NCBI GenBank assembly: GCA_951804945.1
Contig: OX638155.1
Span: forward strand, 5,518,001-5,582,000
Direction: 5' to 3'
DNA length: 64,000 nt
Source: Podarcis cretensis
Taxonomy: Eukaryota
Position numbers and translations under genes: made by a program. Under the pieces are notes generated by a model. The model searched no databases, had not been told where the DNA came from, and saw only the letters and a list, made by a program, of their open reading frames with translations. Positions 1 through 12,170 of this stretch are shown piece after piece (position 1 is the stretch's first letter; the number at the start of each line of letters is the position of its first letter).

Positions 1-123
1 CATGGAGGGATTTGGATTGTGTACAGATGAAATGCTGGACAGGAAAGGACTAAGAAGCACTCCATATTTCTCCTCAGGTGTTTGCTCATGTATGGACAGT
101 GTATGCCCAAATAGGGCTTACGT

Positions 124-456
124 GTTGTTGTTGTTGTTGTTGTTTAGTCATTTAGTCGTGTCTGACTCTTCGTGACCCCATGGACCAGAGCACACCAGGC
201 ACTCCTGTCTTCCACTGCCTCCCGCAGTTTGGTCAGACTCCTGCTGGTCGCTTCGAGAACACTGTCCAACCATCTCGTCCTCTGTCGTCCCCTTCTCCTT
301 GTGCCCTCAATCTTTCCCAACATCAGGGTCTTTTCCAGGGAGTCTTCCCTTCACATGAGGTGCCAAAGTATTGGAGTCTCAGCTTCAGGATCTGTCCTTC
401 CAGTGAGCACTCAGGGCTGATTTCCTGAAGAATGGATACGTTTGATCTTCTTGCAG
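124..456 (-). mobile_element. Bov-B (RTE-clade LINE) 5'-truncated 3' end
   Basis: (GTT)n on + (= (AAC)n tail) followed by the typical Bov-B/ART2A 3' sequence (gtcgtgtctgactcttcgtgaccccatggac...ccaaagtattggagtctcagcttcagga...). Flanked by a 12-bp TSD tagggcttacgt (112-123) / tagggcttatgt (457-468) with one CpG-type mismatch. Confidence 0.9.
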
Positions 457-831
457 TAGGGCTTATGTAACACGTACCAAAAAATAAAAATTCAGTTTGA
501 AGATGAACAGCGTAGAGATGTGAATGAAGAAATAGGAGCTGAGAGGAGCGAAGTGCCAGATGTACTGGTGGTTTACTAGTGTTGTTTCTACATCAAGAAA
601 AAATCTATTGAATATTCCCTTAGAAAAATGAGCAGAAAACATTGCTGAGAAAGATCCATAACATTTATTCCAGAAATTCCAGTAATGGGGCAGGGCAGGA
701 ACCCTAAACACACTTGTCTTTCCTGCTCCCTTTCAATTTGATTACAGCAACAAAAATCGTCACTCTTATTTATCCTTAGTGCGTAAATTCTAAGGGAAAA
801 GAATAGTTATCCTAGCTATATCTGAAGTTTT

Positions 832-872
832 TGCAGTTTGGGCTTGATCCTCTGGGTGTCACTGTTGACCAG
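832..872 (+). promoter_or_regulatory. CSE / CTCF site of V1 promoter
   Basis: tgcagtttgggcttgatcctctgggtgtcactgttgaccag: TGCAG upstream module plus GTGTCACTGTTGACC core, 41 bp, ending about 190 bp before the ATG. The motif recurs before all 11 exons. Confidence 0.85.
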
Positions 873-1058
873 AACCGAGCAGAAATGTGAAATCCTGCCC
901 AACTGAAGTTGCCTTTCTGTTAAACACAAACACAAAATATCTGAAGGAACAAGCTGCTTGTCAGTGTAAAGAAGAAATGGAAGTACATTTTCCTTAGAAT
1001 AGAGTTGGATACAGGATCTTCTGAACCAGAATTTAAGGGCCTTTAACCTGCTGCAAGG

Positions 1059-3461
1059 ATGGAAGGAATTCAGAGGCTGTGGAATTGCAGAAAGGGAATT
1101 TTCCAGTGCCTTTTCATGATGTTTTCTTGGAAGGCAGTTTCTGGGCAGATCCACTACTCCATTCCAGAAGAGATGCACAAAGGCTCTTCTGTGGGGAATA
1201 TTGCAAAGGACCTGGGAATGGATGGCAAGCAGCTCCCAAACCATGGACTCCGCATTGTGTCTCCTGTAGGTATGATTCAGTACTTTTCTTTGAATGCCAA
1301 CAATGGCCATTTGCAAATATCTGAGAGAATAGATAGAGAGGAAATCTGCAGAGAGGCAGAGAAATGTACGTTAAAGTTTCAGGTTCTTGTTGAAAGCAAA
1401 TTAAAGCTTTATGGAATTGAGGTGGAAATTACAGATATAAATGATAATGCTCCCCACTTCCCTCTATGGGAACAGGAGCTGGAAATCAGTGAGGCATCTA
1501 TGCCTGGATTCCAGATCCCTCTACCCAAAGCTCAAGATCCAGATTGGGGGATAAATTCCGTGCAGAGCTATCAACTCACAGGCAGTAGCCATTTTGCTTT
1601 GCATGTGCAAACAGAAGAAAATGGTGCCAGACTTGTTGAACTTGTGTTGGAAAAGTCATTGGACAGAGAGGAACAATCAGCTTACGATTTGCTTCTCACA
1701 GCTTCTGATGGAGGTGATCCTAGCAGATCTGGCACATTACAAATCCACATTGTTGTTATTGATGCAAATGACAATGCACCAGTTTTCAGCCAACCTCTCT
1801 ATGAAGTAAGTATCAATGAGAATATTCCCAAGTGGTCCATACTTTTGACAGTGAAAGCAACTGATATGGATGAAGGGATCAATGGAGACATTAAATACTC
1901 TTTCCAAGAAATTACAAAGCGCGACTCCCAAATATTTCTATTAAACTCCACAACAGGTGAAATCATCCTTATTGGGAATCTTGATTATGAGGAATCATCT
2001 TTACATGCATTTGAGATACAAGCCAAAGATGGAGGAAGGCTGAGTGACAGATCAAAAATTGTGATATCTGTTATGGATTTGAATGACAATGCACCTCAAT
2101 TATCAGTTACCTTTGCCACCAACACCATACTTGAAAGTTCACCATCCCAAACGGTAATTGCCATTTTAAATGTCCAAGACCGAGATTCAGGAATCAATGG
2201 GGAAATCACATGTTCAATCCCTAGCAACCTCCCTTTCAAGCTAAAGAAGTCCATGGATAACTTTTACAGTTTGGTGACTGATGGTGCCCTTGACAGGGAA
2301 CAGGTGTCAGTCTTCAATATTACTGTCACTGTTACTGACCATGGAGTCCCCCCTCTTTCTACAGTCACAGTCATCACACTTCATGTTTTAGACACAAATG
2401 ACAACCCACCCCTCTTTGAAAAAACAGACTATACTTTCTATTTTGTTGAGAATAACCAAAGAGGAGCCATGGTCTCTTCCTTAAGAGCAAATGATCTTGA
2501 CTGGGAAGAAAATGCCAGAATAACATATTCCATCACTGATGACCAAAGAAGTGACTCCCGCCTCTCCTCCTATCTGTCCATTAACTCTGAGACGGGGGTT
2601 ATATATGCTCTGACCTCCTTTGATTATGAAGAGTTTCAAGACATTCGGTTCCGTGTAACGGCTCAGGACGGAGGTTCTCCACCACTCAGCTCCAATGTCT
2701 CAGTGACTCTCCTCATCCTGGACCAGAATGACAATTCTCCCCAAATCCTTTACCCCTCCCCTCCCACCGATGGCTCCACAGGGATAGAGCTGGCCCCTCG
2801 CTCCTCTGAGCCAGGCTACCTGGTCACTAAGGTGGTGGCCGTGGATGCAGACTCTGGCCAGAATGCCTGGCTCTCCTACCAGCTGATCAAGGCCACTGAG
2901 CCAGGGCTCTTCACTCTGGGGCTCCACACGGGAGAGATCAGGACAGCCCGCTACTTTCTGGAGAAAGATGCCCTCAAGCAAAGCCTGGTGGTTTTAGTGA
3001 AGGACAATGGGCAGCCACCTCTCTCTGCTTCAGCCACTCTGACTGTGGTGCTGGCTGACACCATCCCTGCAATCCTCTCAGACCTGAGCAGCATCTCAGC
3101 TCCTGTAGAGCCTCCGTCTGACCTCACCTTCTACCTGGTCCTTGCAGTGGCTTTTGTCTCCTGCTTGTTCTTCACTTTCCTCCTTGTATTATTGGCCATC
3201 AAGTTGCACAGGTGGCGAAATTCTCAGCTGCTTGAGACGGGGAGTGTGAATTTCAGTGGCGCTCCTATCTCACAGTTTGTGGGGATTGACGGAGTCCGAG
3301 CATTTCTGCACTCCTACTGCCAGGAGGTTTCTCTCACTACAGACTCTAGGAAGGCAAATTATTCCAATACTCTGAGCAATAAAGAAGCTTGTGAAGCGAA
3401 GGATCCAATCCTACCTGGTGAAGATTTAAACTTGAACAATGAAGGATTAATTGTAGTCCAG
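1059..3461 (+). CDS. PCDHGA: Protocadherin gamma A-like variable exon V1 (801 codons to splice donor)
   Basis: Signal peptide, six cadherin repeats (DxNDN, LDRE, AxDGG), EC1 Cys-X5-Cys, TM. GammaA signatures PTDGSTGIELAPRS, DSGQNAWLSY, FVGIDGVRAFL..EVSLT..SRK. Donor CAG|GTGAGC at 3461/3462; the ORF track runs on to 3479 in the intron. Symbol is subfamily-level only. Confidence 0.93.
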
Positions 3462-5332
3462 GTGAGCAAACAATTTTAGATTTATGTAATTTTTTGTTTT
3501 CTTAATATTAGAATATATGTCCTGTCTGCCTCTGCTTTCTCATTATATTCATAACTATGTCAGTCTTGTTTCTATTACTTTCAGCTCCCCCTACTTTTAG
3601 TTATTACTTTATATGTGATGCTTCTGTGAAGTATCTTCTTTCAACAAATCTTCATCTTGATGCATCAGATAATCTGTCTTTGTCTCTTACTTTGGACTGC
3701 TGGTGGAGGCTCACAGAATCTTGTGCACATCTATAAAAAATCATAGTTCACTACATATTGAAAACTATCATGTATGGGAGATGTATAGGAGAAGGCTAGG
3801 CTCATCCTATTTTCATGTGCAGTAGGTGAGTTCCTGTGAGATTGATTCTAAATTGTTTTAGGTTTGAATGTTGAATTTGGTTTTTATTTCATATTTTTAT
3901 TACAATTCCAAATAGTGGGTGGTTTAAAAAACCTGTATCAATAAATAAGTATATAAATGCGAGCCCTCACCTGCCTTGGTACTGATATGTTTTAGTCATG
4001 CCGCCTCAATGAAAACTAGGGCCTAGTATCCTATGACAAATTCTCATTCCCATCTTTCTACCAATAATTTCTTTCCACTACATACCCAACTGCCCACCAA
4101 TAAGCTGATACTGAGATTCTCATTGCCACAAGACTTATTTTTTTAAGAAAAGTAATAATGAATTTACTTAACTCTTTTATTGGCTGAGATATTTTGGCTG
4201 TTTGTATATTTTAGTATGATAAAATGAGGAGATTCAATGGTGAGGGGACTCTGGAAATATATTTACAAGCAATTGTATTGTAAGATTGGTTGCATAATGC
4301 TCCTTTGTAACTTGCAACCTTCACCCGCTATTGAACTACAGCAGCAACAAACAAATAGTTTGGGGGGGGGGGTTGTATTTTCTACTCTATTGAGATTTCT
4401 AGTGTAAGGTAGAGTTAGAATTTTGAACCCCAGATAAGGTGTCATGTGTTGCCTTCTCTCTGTAAAATGAATGAAAACAGCTCCAGCCGACAGTGTGTTC
4501 TTCTAGGTAGTTCCACACTCCTACAATGGGTACATCAATGGAAATGTGACTGCAAGTTTATTTACTCCTTTGTAATGTAACTGTAAGCTGGTTTGATTCC
4601 AGAGCTCTTTGGTGAAATTTTGCTGGCATTTTTCTATTTTAAAAAATGCCATAATTGCTGGAGTTGTAAACACCCTACAATGGCAAATATTGATGCAGTT
4701 TATGAGGCATGTGGGGTTTTTTTGTTCCTGTAAGGAAACAATGAATGGTAACGTGCTGAAATTTGGGGGAGTTGTTTGGGTGACCATATCTGGCAATGTC
4801 CTTGAAGGACTATCCTGAAGTTCTACTAATGTGTGAATTGGACAATGCAAAGTATGCTGGGAGGATGCTTGGATTCCCACAAAATTGCTTGATGTTTAAG
4901 AGAAAGTGGGAATTATTTAGGGATTGCAGTATTTGAACAGCAAAAATAGTGCTAAAAAAAGTTGCTTTTCCTTATTGTAAATACAAGTGGCAAATCCTCT
5001 TGATCACATTCACACATCACTGTGTGGGTCAACCTAAAATTATCACAAGCTGAACCTCTGATGGGAATACATATTAAAAATTCACTTGTGATAATTTCCT
5101 AATATTATTTAGATTGTTTTAATGCACATTAAACATGGAAGAAAGAAATTTGGAACTCTGGTCTCATTGACCTGCATACTGAAAAGAGCTCTTAATGGAG
5201 TGAATAACTATAAGGTCTGATCAACAATCCATTGGGGGGGGGGTACAACTTGAAAACAATGGTAAAGGGTAAATTAAAAGCAGTTCTCTACATTAGAAAT
5301 TATATACTATGTACCATTATTGAAATGGCAAA

Positions 5333-5373
5333 TACAGTTCCCCATGTGGACTCAGTGTGTCACTGTTGGACAA
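5333..5373 (+). promoter_or_regulatory. CSE / CTCF site of V2 promoter
   Basis: tacagttccccatgtggactcagtgtgtcactgttggacaa (41 bp, CACT core). Confidence 0.85.
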
Positions 5374-5598
5374 CGTGGAAGCAGCCATGGCTCAGCATTT
5401 CCGAGACTCTTAGAACACTCTCTCTCAACACTTCAGCAGAGCAGAAAGGAAAAGCTTTTATTTTAAAAGCTGCTCAAGAAAGGAAAGCTCTCAGTTTCCC
5501 AAGAATCAGCTGAAAAGAAGAACATTTCTATTATCTCAGATAAGTGTACTGGGAGCCTTGCAAACTATACTGAAAGAAGGAAGAAATCAGGAAATGCA

Positions 5599-8028
5599 AT
5601 GGATGTAATGGAAGTAAAGCAGGCAGAGAGAACAAGGAAGATCACCAGGAGGCAAGTACTGTTTCTGTTCATATTCTGGTCTGTGTTCTGCTGCCAGGTA
5701 GTGTCTGAGAAGGTTCAGTATTCAGTTCCAGAGGAAGCAGAGCAGGGCTCCTTTGTGGGGAACCTTGTTAAAGATCTGGGGTTGGATGTCAGAGAGCTGT
5801 CAAAGCGCAAGCTTGGTATTTCTTCAGAAAAGCAATTCTTTGATTTGAATGAACAAAATGGCAACCTATATGTGAATGAGAGGATAGACCGGGAAGAGAT
5901 TTGTGGTAAATCATCTACTTGTGTCCTCAGATTAGAAGTTGTGGCACACAATCCTTTGAATATTTTCCAAGTAAATATTTTTATCCAGGACATCAATGAT
6001 AATGCCCCACATTTCCAGAATGAAAATATTGAGCTTAAATTTAGTGAGTCTACTCTGCCAGGAACTCGATTTGCTCTTGGAAATGCTGAAGATGATGATA
6101 TCGGAATAAACTCCCTCCAGAACTATCAATTGAGCTCAACTCCATATTTCAAACTAGAAATTCAAGCTGGCAATGATGGTGGCAAATATGCAGAATTGAT
6201 ATTGCAGAAACAACTAGACAGGGAAAAGGAACAGATGCATCACATGGTCCTTACAGCCATGGATGGTGGAGAACCTCCAAAAACCGGAACAGCCAAAATA
6301 TTGGTAACAGTTATTGATATTAATGACAATGCCCCTGCTTTCACCCAGACAATCTATAAAGTGAGCCTGAAGGAGAGTGCACCCAAAGGAACCTCTGTGC
6401 TTCAAGTCAAAGCATCTGACAGTGATGAAGGGTCAAATGCTGAGATCACTTACACTTTCAGTGACATCCCAAAAACAGCCAAGCAGAAGTTTCATCTGGA
6501 TCCCAGAGATGGAACAATCACACTCATAGAAAGTGTTGATTTTGAAGAAAGTCAATATTATGTGATGATAATTCAGGCAAGTGATGGAGGAGGATTGGCG
6601 GCACATTGCAAAGTGGAAATTGAGGTTCTTGATGAGAATGACAATGCTCCAGATGTGATCCTTACCTCTGTGTCCAGCCCAGTTCCAGAAGATGTCACAT
6701 CTGGAGCTGTGATTGCTCTCATTAAAGTTCAGGACAGGGATTCTGGGGATAATGGAGAAGTCACCTGTCACCTGAAGGAACTTGTACCCTTCCTGATAGT
6801 ATCATCTTTGGATAATTACTTCAAGCTCCTCATAGATGGTGCCCTTGACAGAGAAAGGACTCCCGAGTATAATATTACAATCACAGCCACAGACAAAGGC
6901 ACCCCTCCACTCTCCACACACAAATCCATATCAATACAGATCTCAGATATCAATGATAACCCACCAGCCTTTGAAAAATCTTCCTACACTGCCTACATTC
7001 CAGAAAACAACCCATCTGGAGCTTCAATTTTCCACATCAAGGCCTCTGACCCAGATCTGGATCGTAATGCCAGAATCACTTACTCCATTCTTAACAGCAA
7101 CATCAAGGATCTGCCTCTCTCCTCCTATGTCTCCATTAACTCTGAGACCGGGATCATCTATGCCCAACGCTCCTTTGACTATGAGCAATTCAGGGAGTTT
7201 CAGATTCAAGTGAAGGCCCAAGATGGAGGTTCTCCACCACTCAATAGCAGTGCCACAGTGACAGTATGTGTTTTGGATCGAAATGATAACGCTCCGCAGA
7301 TCCTGTACCCCTCACAATCAACAGAGGGCTCACCTTTCTTTGAGATGGTGCCTCGGTCAGCTGAGTCGGGTTATCTGGTGACGAAGGTGGTGGCCGTGGA
7401 CTCCGATTCGGGACACAATGCCTGGCTCTCCTTCCATCTCCTGCAGGCCACAGAGCCCTCACTCTTCAGCATTGGCTCCCACACAGGAGAGGTGCAAACA
7501 GTCCGAGCATTACTTGAGAAAGATGCAGTGAAGCAGAGGCTGGTCATCCTGGTGAAGGACAATGGGCATCCTCCTCTCTCAGCCACCACAACTTTGAGCC
7601 TGGTGTTTGCTGAGAACTTCCAGGAGGCTCTTCCGGAAATGAACTCCCAACCAAATGACTCAGAATATCAGTCTGATCTACAGTTTTATTTGGTATTGGC
7701 CTTGACCTTGGTGTCCTTTCTGTTCCTGGTGACCGTGATACTGACCATTCTGATGAAGCTTCGAAGGTCAAAGAACCCCACTTTCCTTCAGTGCTTTATT
7801 CCTGACCCCCACTTAAAGGCTGGTGCCATATTCCCACCCAATTATGAGGATGGAACTTTGCCTTATTCCTACCAGGTCTGTCTGTCCTCTGAATCCAGGA
7901 GGAATGAGCTGACATTCCTGCAGCCCACAGTCCAAATAGCAGAGAACCTCCTTTGCAATGACAACTCTGACATTTCTTTGATGGTCAGTGGAAGCAATTT
8001 AAATTCTGAAAAGGAAAATGCTGACATG
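5599..8028 (+). CDS. PCDHGB: Protocadherin gamma B-like variable exon V2 (810 codons to donor; start may be 5608)
   Basis: Six EC repeats plus TM. GammaB signatures [31 protein letters not shown]. Donor ATG|GTGAGT at 8028/8029. Confidence 0.93.
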
Positions 8029-10547
8029 GTGAGTTCTTTTTTCTGCACTATATAGTAAGCTGACCTATCCAATAAGTTTATTTTATTAAATTTTTTTGCT
8101 GTTATTGCAAGTTTAAGAATATTATATTTCAAGCAAGCATCATTCTATAATAACAGATACTGTCAAATCACAGGATGACTTAAAGAGTGTCATACACCAG
8201 TGGTTTTTTTTTTTGTAGAGTTTTTCTATTCACGTCTGTTGGTTTCCTCTGCTGTGTTTGAGTAGCCTTTTATGGCTCATATATTTAGGAGAAGTGAAGG
8301 TGAGTGATTACCAGATAACAGAATGAATATTATTTATTTAGAAAATATAGTGTTTACATATCCTTTTTTATATTTAGTATATGCTGTAAGTGGTACATAT
8401 GTTCATATGAATTCACTTCCAATAGAAATAATTCAAATTTTAATTATCATTGTGGGCCCTGTCACACAGAACATGTAGGAATTATTATTTTGTCCTATAC
8501 TGTGCACAGAACATCTTTGGCAGGTCTCCAACTGCACAAGGGGATCTTTGGCAGTGGACCTCCCTCTCTGTACTATGATGCTGTTGATATTGTGAGCAGT
8601 TTTAAAGTCAGGCAGCAGTCAATCTCTCAATAACTTCTAAGTCAGAGCTTGAGGAATGGGGGGGGGATGTGGTGAAACTATTTTATTAAAATGAAGAAAT
8701 TTCAGGCTGACTGTATTTATAGAAAATATAATTTATTTACTATTTTTATATAGTGCTATCTATGTTTTTGTAAACTGCTTAGAAATTTTCACAATTAAGT
8801 GGTATATAAATCCTGCAAAATAAGAATAAATGTAAAACATGTGTATGACACTTTACAAACAAAAGGTATGACAGGTGCCATATGGAAAACTCAATAAAAT
8901 CAGGTGCCAAAATCAGATAAAATGATTGCATTTTATGTAAGCAATATGCTTGTAAAGTTGAAAACGAAACCTAATTTGAAATAAGAAAAGTGGGCAATTA
9001 ACTTTCATTGTTCTTCAAACTGGAGGACAGAATTTAACGCACTTCTGAAGTAGACACATTTGTATGCTTATGAATTGATTCTGCAGTGTAAGATGGATTG
9101 AATCTAACCAGTGCTATTCACACAAGTCTTGACAGTTTTTGATGTCTTCCTTTAGATATGTATAATTTTTTGTTCTGTGGATTGTGAATGGTACTAATGC
9201 ACTCTACTCCTTATACTTTAATTTCTTTGGTAAGAGCATGGGTAGTTCTGCCCGTCCAGATGAGGTTTGGATTTGTGTTTCTGATGCACCCCGTCACTCG
9301 CATGACAAGCTTTCTTTTTAAAAAAAACCTGATAGGAGTATCATAAACAGTTTATGATACGGAATGAGCAAGGGGCAGGGTAGGCATGGACTGGAATGAC
9401 TGTTCAGCTAAAAAAAGGTCAAACTTTCCGTTGGATGTGCCTTTGGAAACACTTAAAGTTGCTCTTAGAATTGTAGCCAAGATGCATGCCCACTGATGAT
9501 AATTTTTTATATATAAAGACAGTGCTTTTTTTTCTGTGGATACTCAAGTGTATGCAGTACCGGCACCTTTTTATTGTCAAATGTTAAAAGTGTGGCACTT
9601 ATTGTAACAACTTCATGGTGAGTACCAACACCTTTCCCCCCCATAATAACTTATAATAACTAGATGATTATATGTTTTTAACTTCATGCTTGAGATCCGC
9701 CATTAACTCCGTTTGGAGTTTGGGCCTCCCAAAAGCCACTCTGAGGAGGTCAAACTTAAAGCTCAAGAAAATGCTCAGCCAACTTCAGTTTGTTTTTGGA
9801 ATGCAGCTTTGAGAAGCACCCTAAATAAATGAAAGATTATTCACACTTACCTAGGAGCAAGTCCCATTGAATTCCCTCTCTTGCTGAAGGGAAGGGCATC
9901 TTTGCCCACATGTAAATGAAGATGAGATGGTTTAGACTAGGCCCAAGCTCTGTCTTGTGGGGAAGCCTTCTTTGGATCTGGCTGAAGCAGGCTGTTGGAC
10001 CGACTTCCTCCCAGCCCCGTCAGAGAGTCCATCCACCTAGGATTAGCTGGTAAGTCTTTTAGGTGGCGAGGAGGCACGTCCCTATTTTCATCGGAGAAAT
10101 GTTGGAAGGTACGTAATCGTTTGATCAGATTGATTGTAGTGGAAGGATTTTGTTCCCTGCATGGCACTGCCTTAACTGTGGGGCAGATGCTTCGATTAGG
10201 TGCCGTTTGGTAGTGTGGTATACTGAACTGATTATAACGAGTTGTAATGTGCAACTACAGGATAAGGGAGGGAAGAAACTGAAGTGTTCCATGAAAGAAA
10301 GCTTACTGGAGACACTCACTAAGGAATTGGAGGAGCCGTGGGCCCTGAGGGGAGGAGGTCTTGATCCCAGATGTTTAATGGCCTGTGACAACCAATGGCA
10401 AGAGCAGCCTCTTCTGGTCCACAAATGGGCAGCAAATGGATCAGCCTTAGGACCAAACCAAAGATCCAAGTCGGAGTGGAGCTGCCTAAAGGAGGCAGAC
10501 AAGGCAAGATGGACTCTCCTTTCAGTTTAGAAGAAGGTACCTACACC

Positions 10548-10663
10548 GCTGGTCACATGACCCGGAAGCTGTCTGCGGACAAACGCCAGCTCCCTTGGAC
10601 AATAAAGCGAGATGAGTGCCGCAACCCCAGAGTCGGTCATGACTGGGGTTACCTTTCTTACCT
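10548..10663 (+). mobile_element. Sauria SINE 3' fragment
   Basis: ggtcacatgacccggaagctgt...aataaagcgagatgagtgccgcaaccccagagtcggtcatgactgg...acctttcttacct is the reverse complement of part of the copies at 25555, 26316 and 32418, with an ACCTTT-like tail. Confidence 0.8.
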
Positions 10664-11959
10664 ATACTGCTGGGGTGAATGTGACATACAGTTGTAGCCT
10701 TTCTTTAAATTGACATTCGATTCTTTACACTTACTTTCTTGGTTGAAGAGGGACAACTTAAATCGGTTAATGAATATCAGCTGACACAACAATTCCATTT
10801 CTCTGAAAATAATAAGAACACTTCAGTGTGAAGACTTAAGAACCTGGGGCACCAAATGGGAATGCAGAGGTGTCCGAGAAACAGATGCAAGTTGGAGAGA
10901 GAAAGGAGTCTAGAGGAATCCTATATGATCCTACCTGAGCACTGACATCTGCTTCTGAGGCTCTCCTCTGGATGCCCTCATCTTCAGAGAACAGGTGAGC
11001 TGTGACAGAAGAGAAAGGCTTTTAGGAGAGGCACAAATCTTTGAAGACTTGCTTATATATATATAATGCCAAATTAAGTCTTAATTTTATGAAGCTTTTT
11101 CTTTAACTGCTCACCACTTTTAATTACTGCAACGCCCCCACCCCAGAAAAAGAATAATTGGTCTTGTTTAGGTAGAGGGAATGGGAATTTCACCAAAGTG
11201 TTTAGGGGAGTTTTCATTTACCTTACTTTACTTTATGAGGTGGTTGAAGGTTCTCGCCCCCTTTTCTCTTGCTTTTTCACATTTTTTTTAAAAAAAATTG
11301 CACACCGCTAGCAGTAGTGCAAGGCTCTCTTTGCCACTTCCCATCAGCTGCACTTCCTGGAATGCCTTAGGGAGGTCATGCTGCATCATGTCACGTATCA
11401 CCTATGGCACTGCAGGAAGTGTGGCCGGAGGGAATTGTCACAACGCACTCTCCAGTTTCTTGCAGGAGGCACTTCTTGGAATGCCTTGGGAATGGCACAA
11501 CGCTATGTTGCATTCCATCACTCCCAAGAAGTGCAGCCGCTGAGAAGCTGTGAAGAGAGAGCCTCAACACTACTGTGACCAGTGTGGAGTTGTTGTTTTA
11601 AGTTCAAAAACAAGAATAAAAAGAGAAAACCCTAGGCCACCTAAGTGTAAGAAAATCAGCAATCCCCTTCCCCCATTAAAAAATGCAAACAATTTTCCCC
11701 CATTTTTAATATAGGAACAGACACTAATTTGTTAGTCCGCTATAATGTTGGCAACATCTGAGGACACCTGAACCTTAAAAACAACATCATAGCTATATTA
11801 CTGTACACCTTGCACACAGAGTTGTTTGTCCTGGAAAATAATGGTAATTGAATAGCAGCGATATAGTCCTGTAATGTCGAATCAAATAACCTCTGCATAA
11901 GCAGCAACAAAAAAATCATAATGAAAAGCAGAATGATTACAACTCTAGTGTGAAGCACC

Positions 11960-12000
11960 TGCATTTTGTCACTGTGACTCTGGGTGTCGCTGTTGACCAA
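11960..12000 (+). promoter_or_regulatory. CSE / CTCF site of V3 promoter
   Basis: tgcattttgtcactgtgactctgggtgtcgctgttgaccaa (41 bp, canonical CGCT core). Confidence 0.88.
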
Positions 12001-12170
12001 TCCAGCAGACTAACACATGGAGCGATCCAGCCTGCCCATTCTTGCAGATAGGCTGGAATGGAACTGACAGTTCAGGGAACAAAATGATGCAGGTTTTGCT
12101 TTAAAAATAAAAAAGGACAGATAAAAGCTATTTGAACAAGAACTAGTAGTATTCCTTTTCGTGGAAGGAA

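Noticed and set aside
172-428. Two 82-aa ORFs
   Set aside because: They lie on the antisense strand of the Bov-B fragment.
11340-11545. Short direct and inverted repeats (gcacttc[c/t]tggaatgcctt twice; gaagtg.[g/a]gccg twice)
   Set aside because: Probably the interior of a decayed non-autonomous DNA element. I could not define termini or a TSD.
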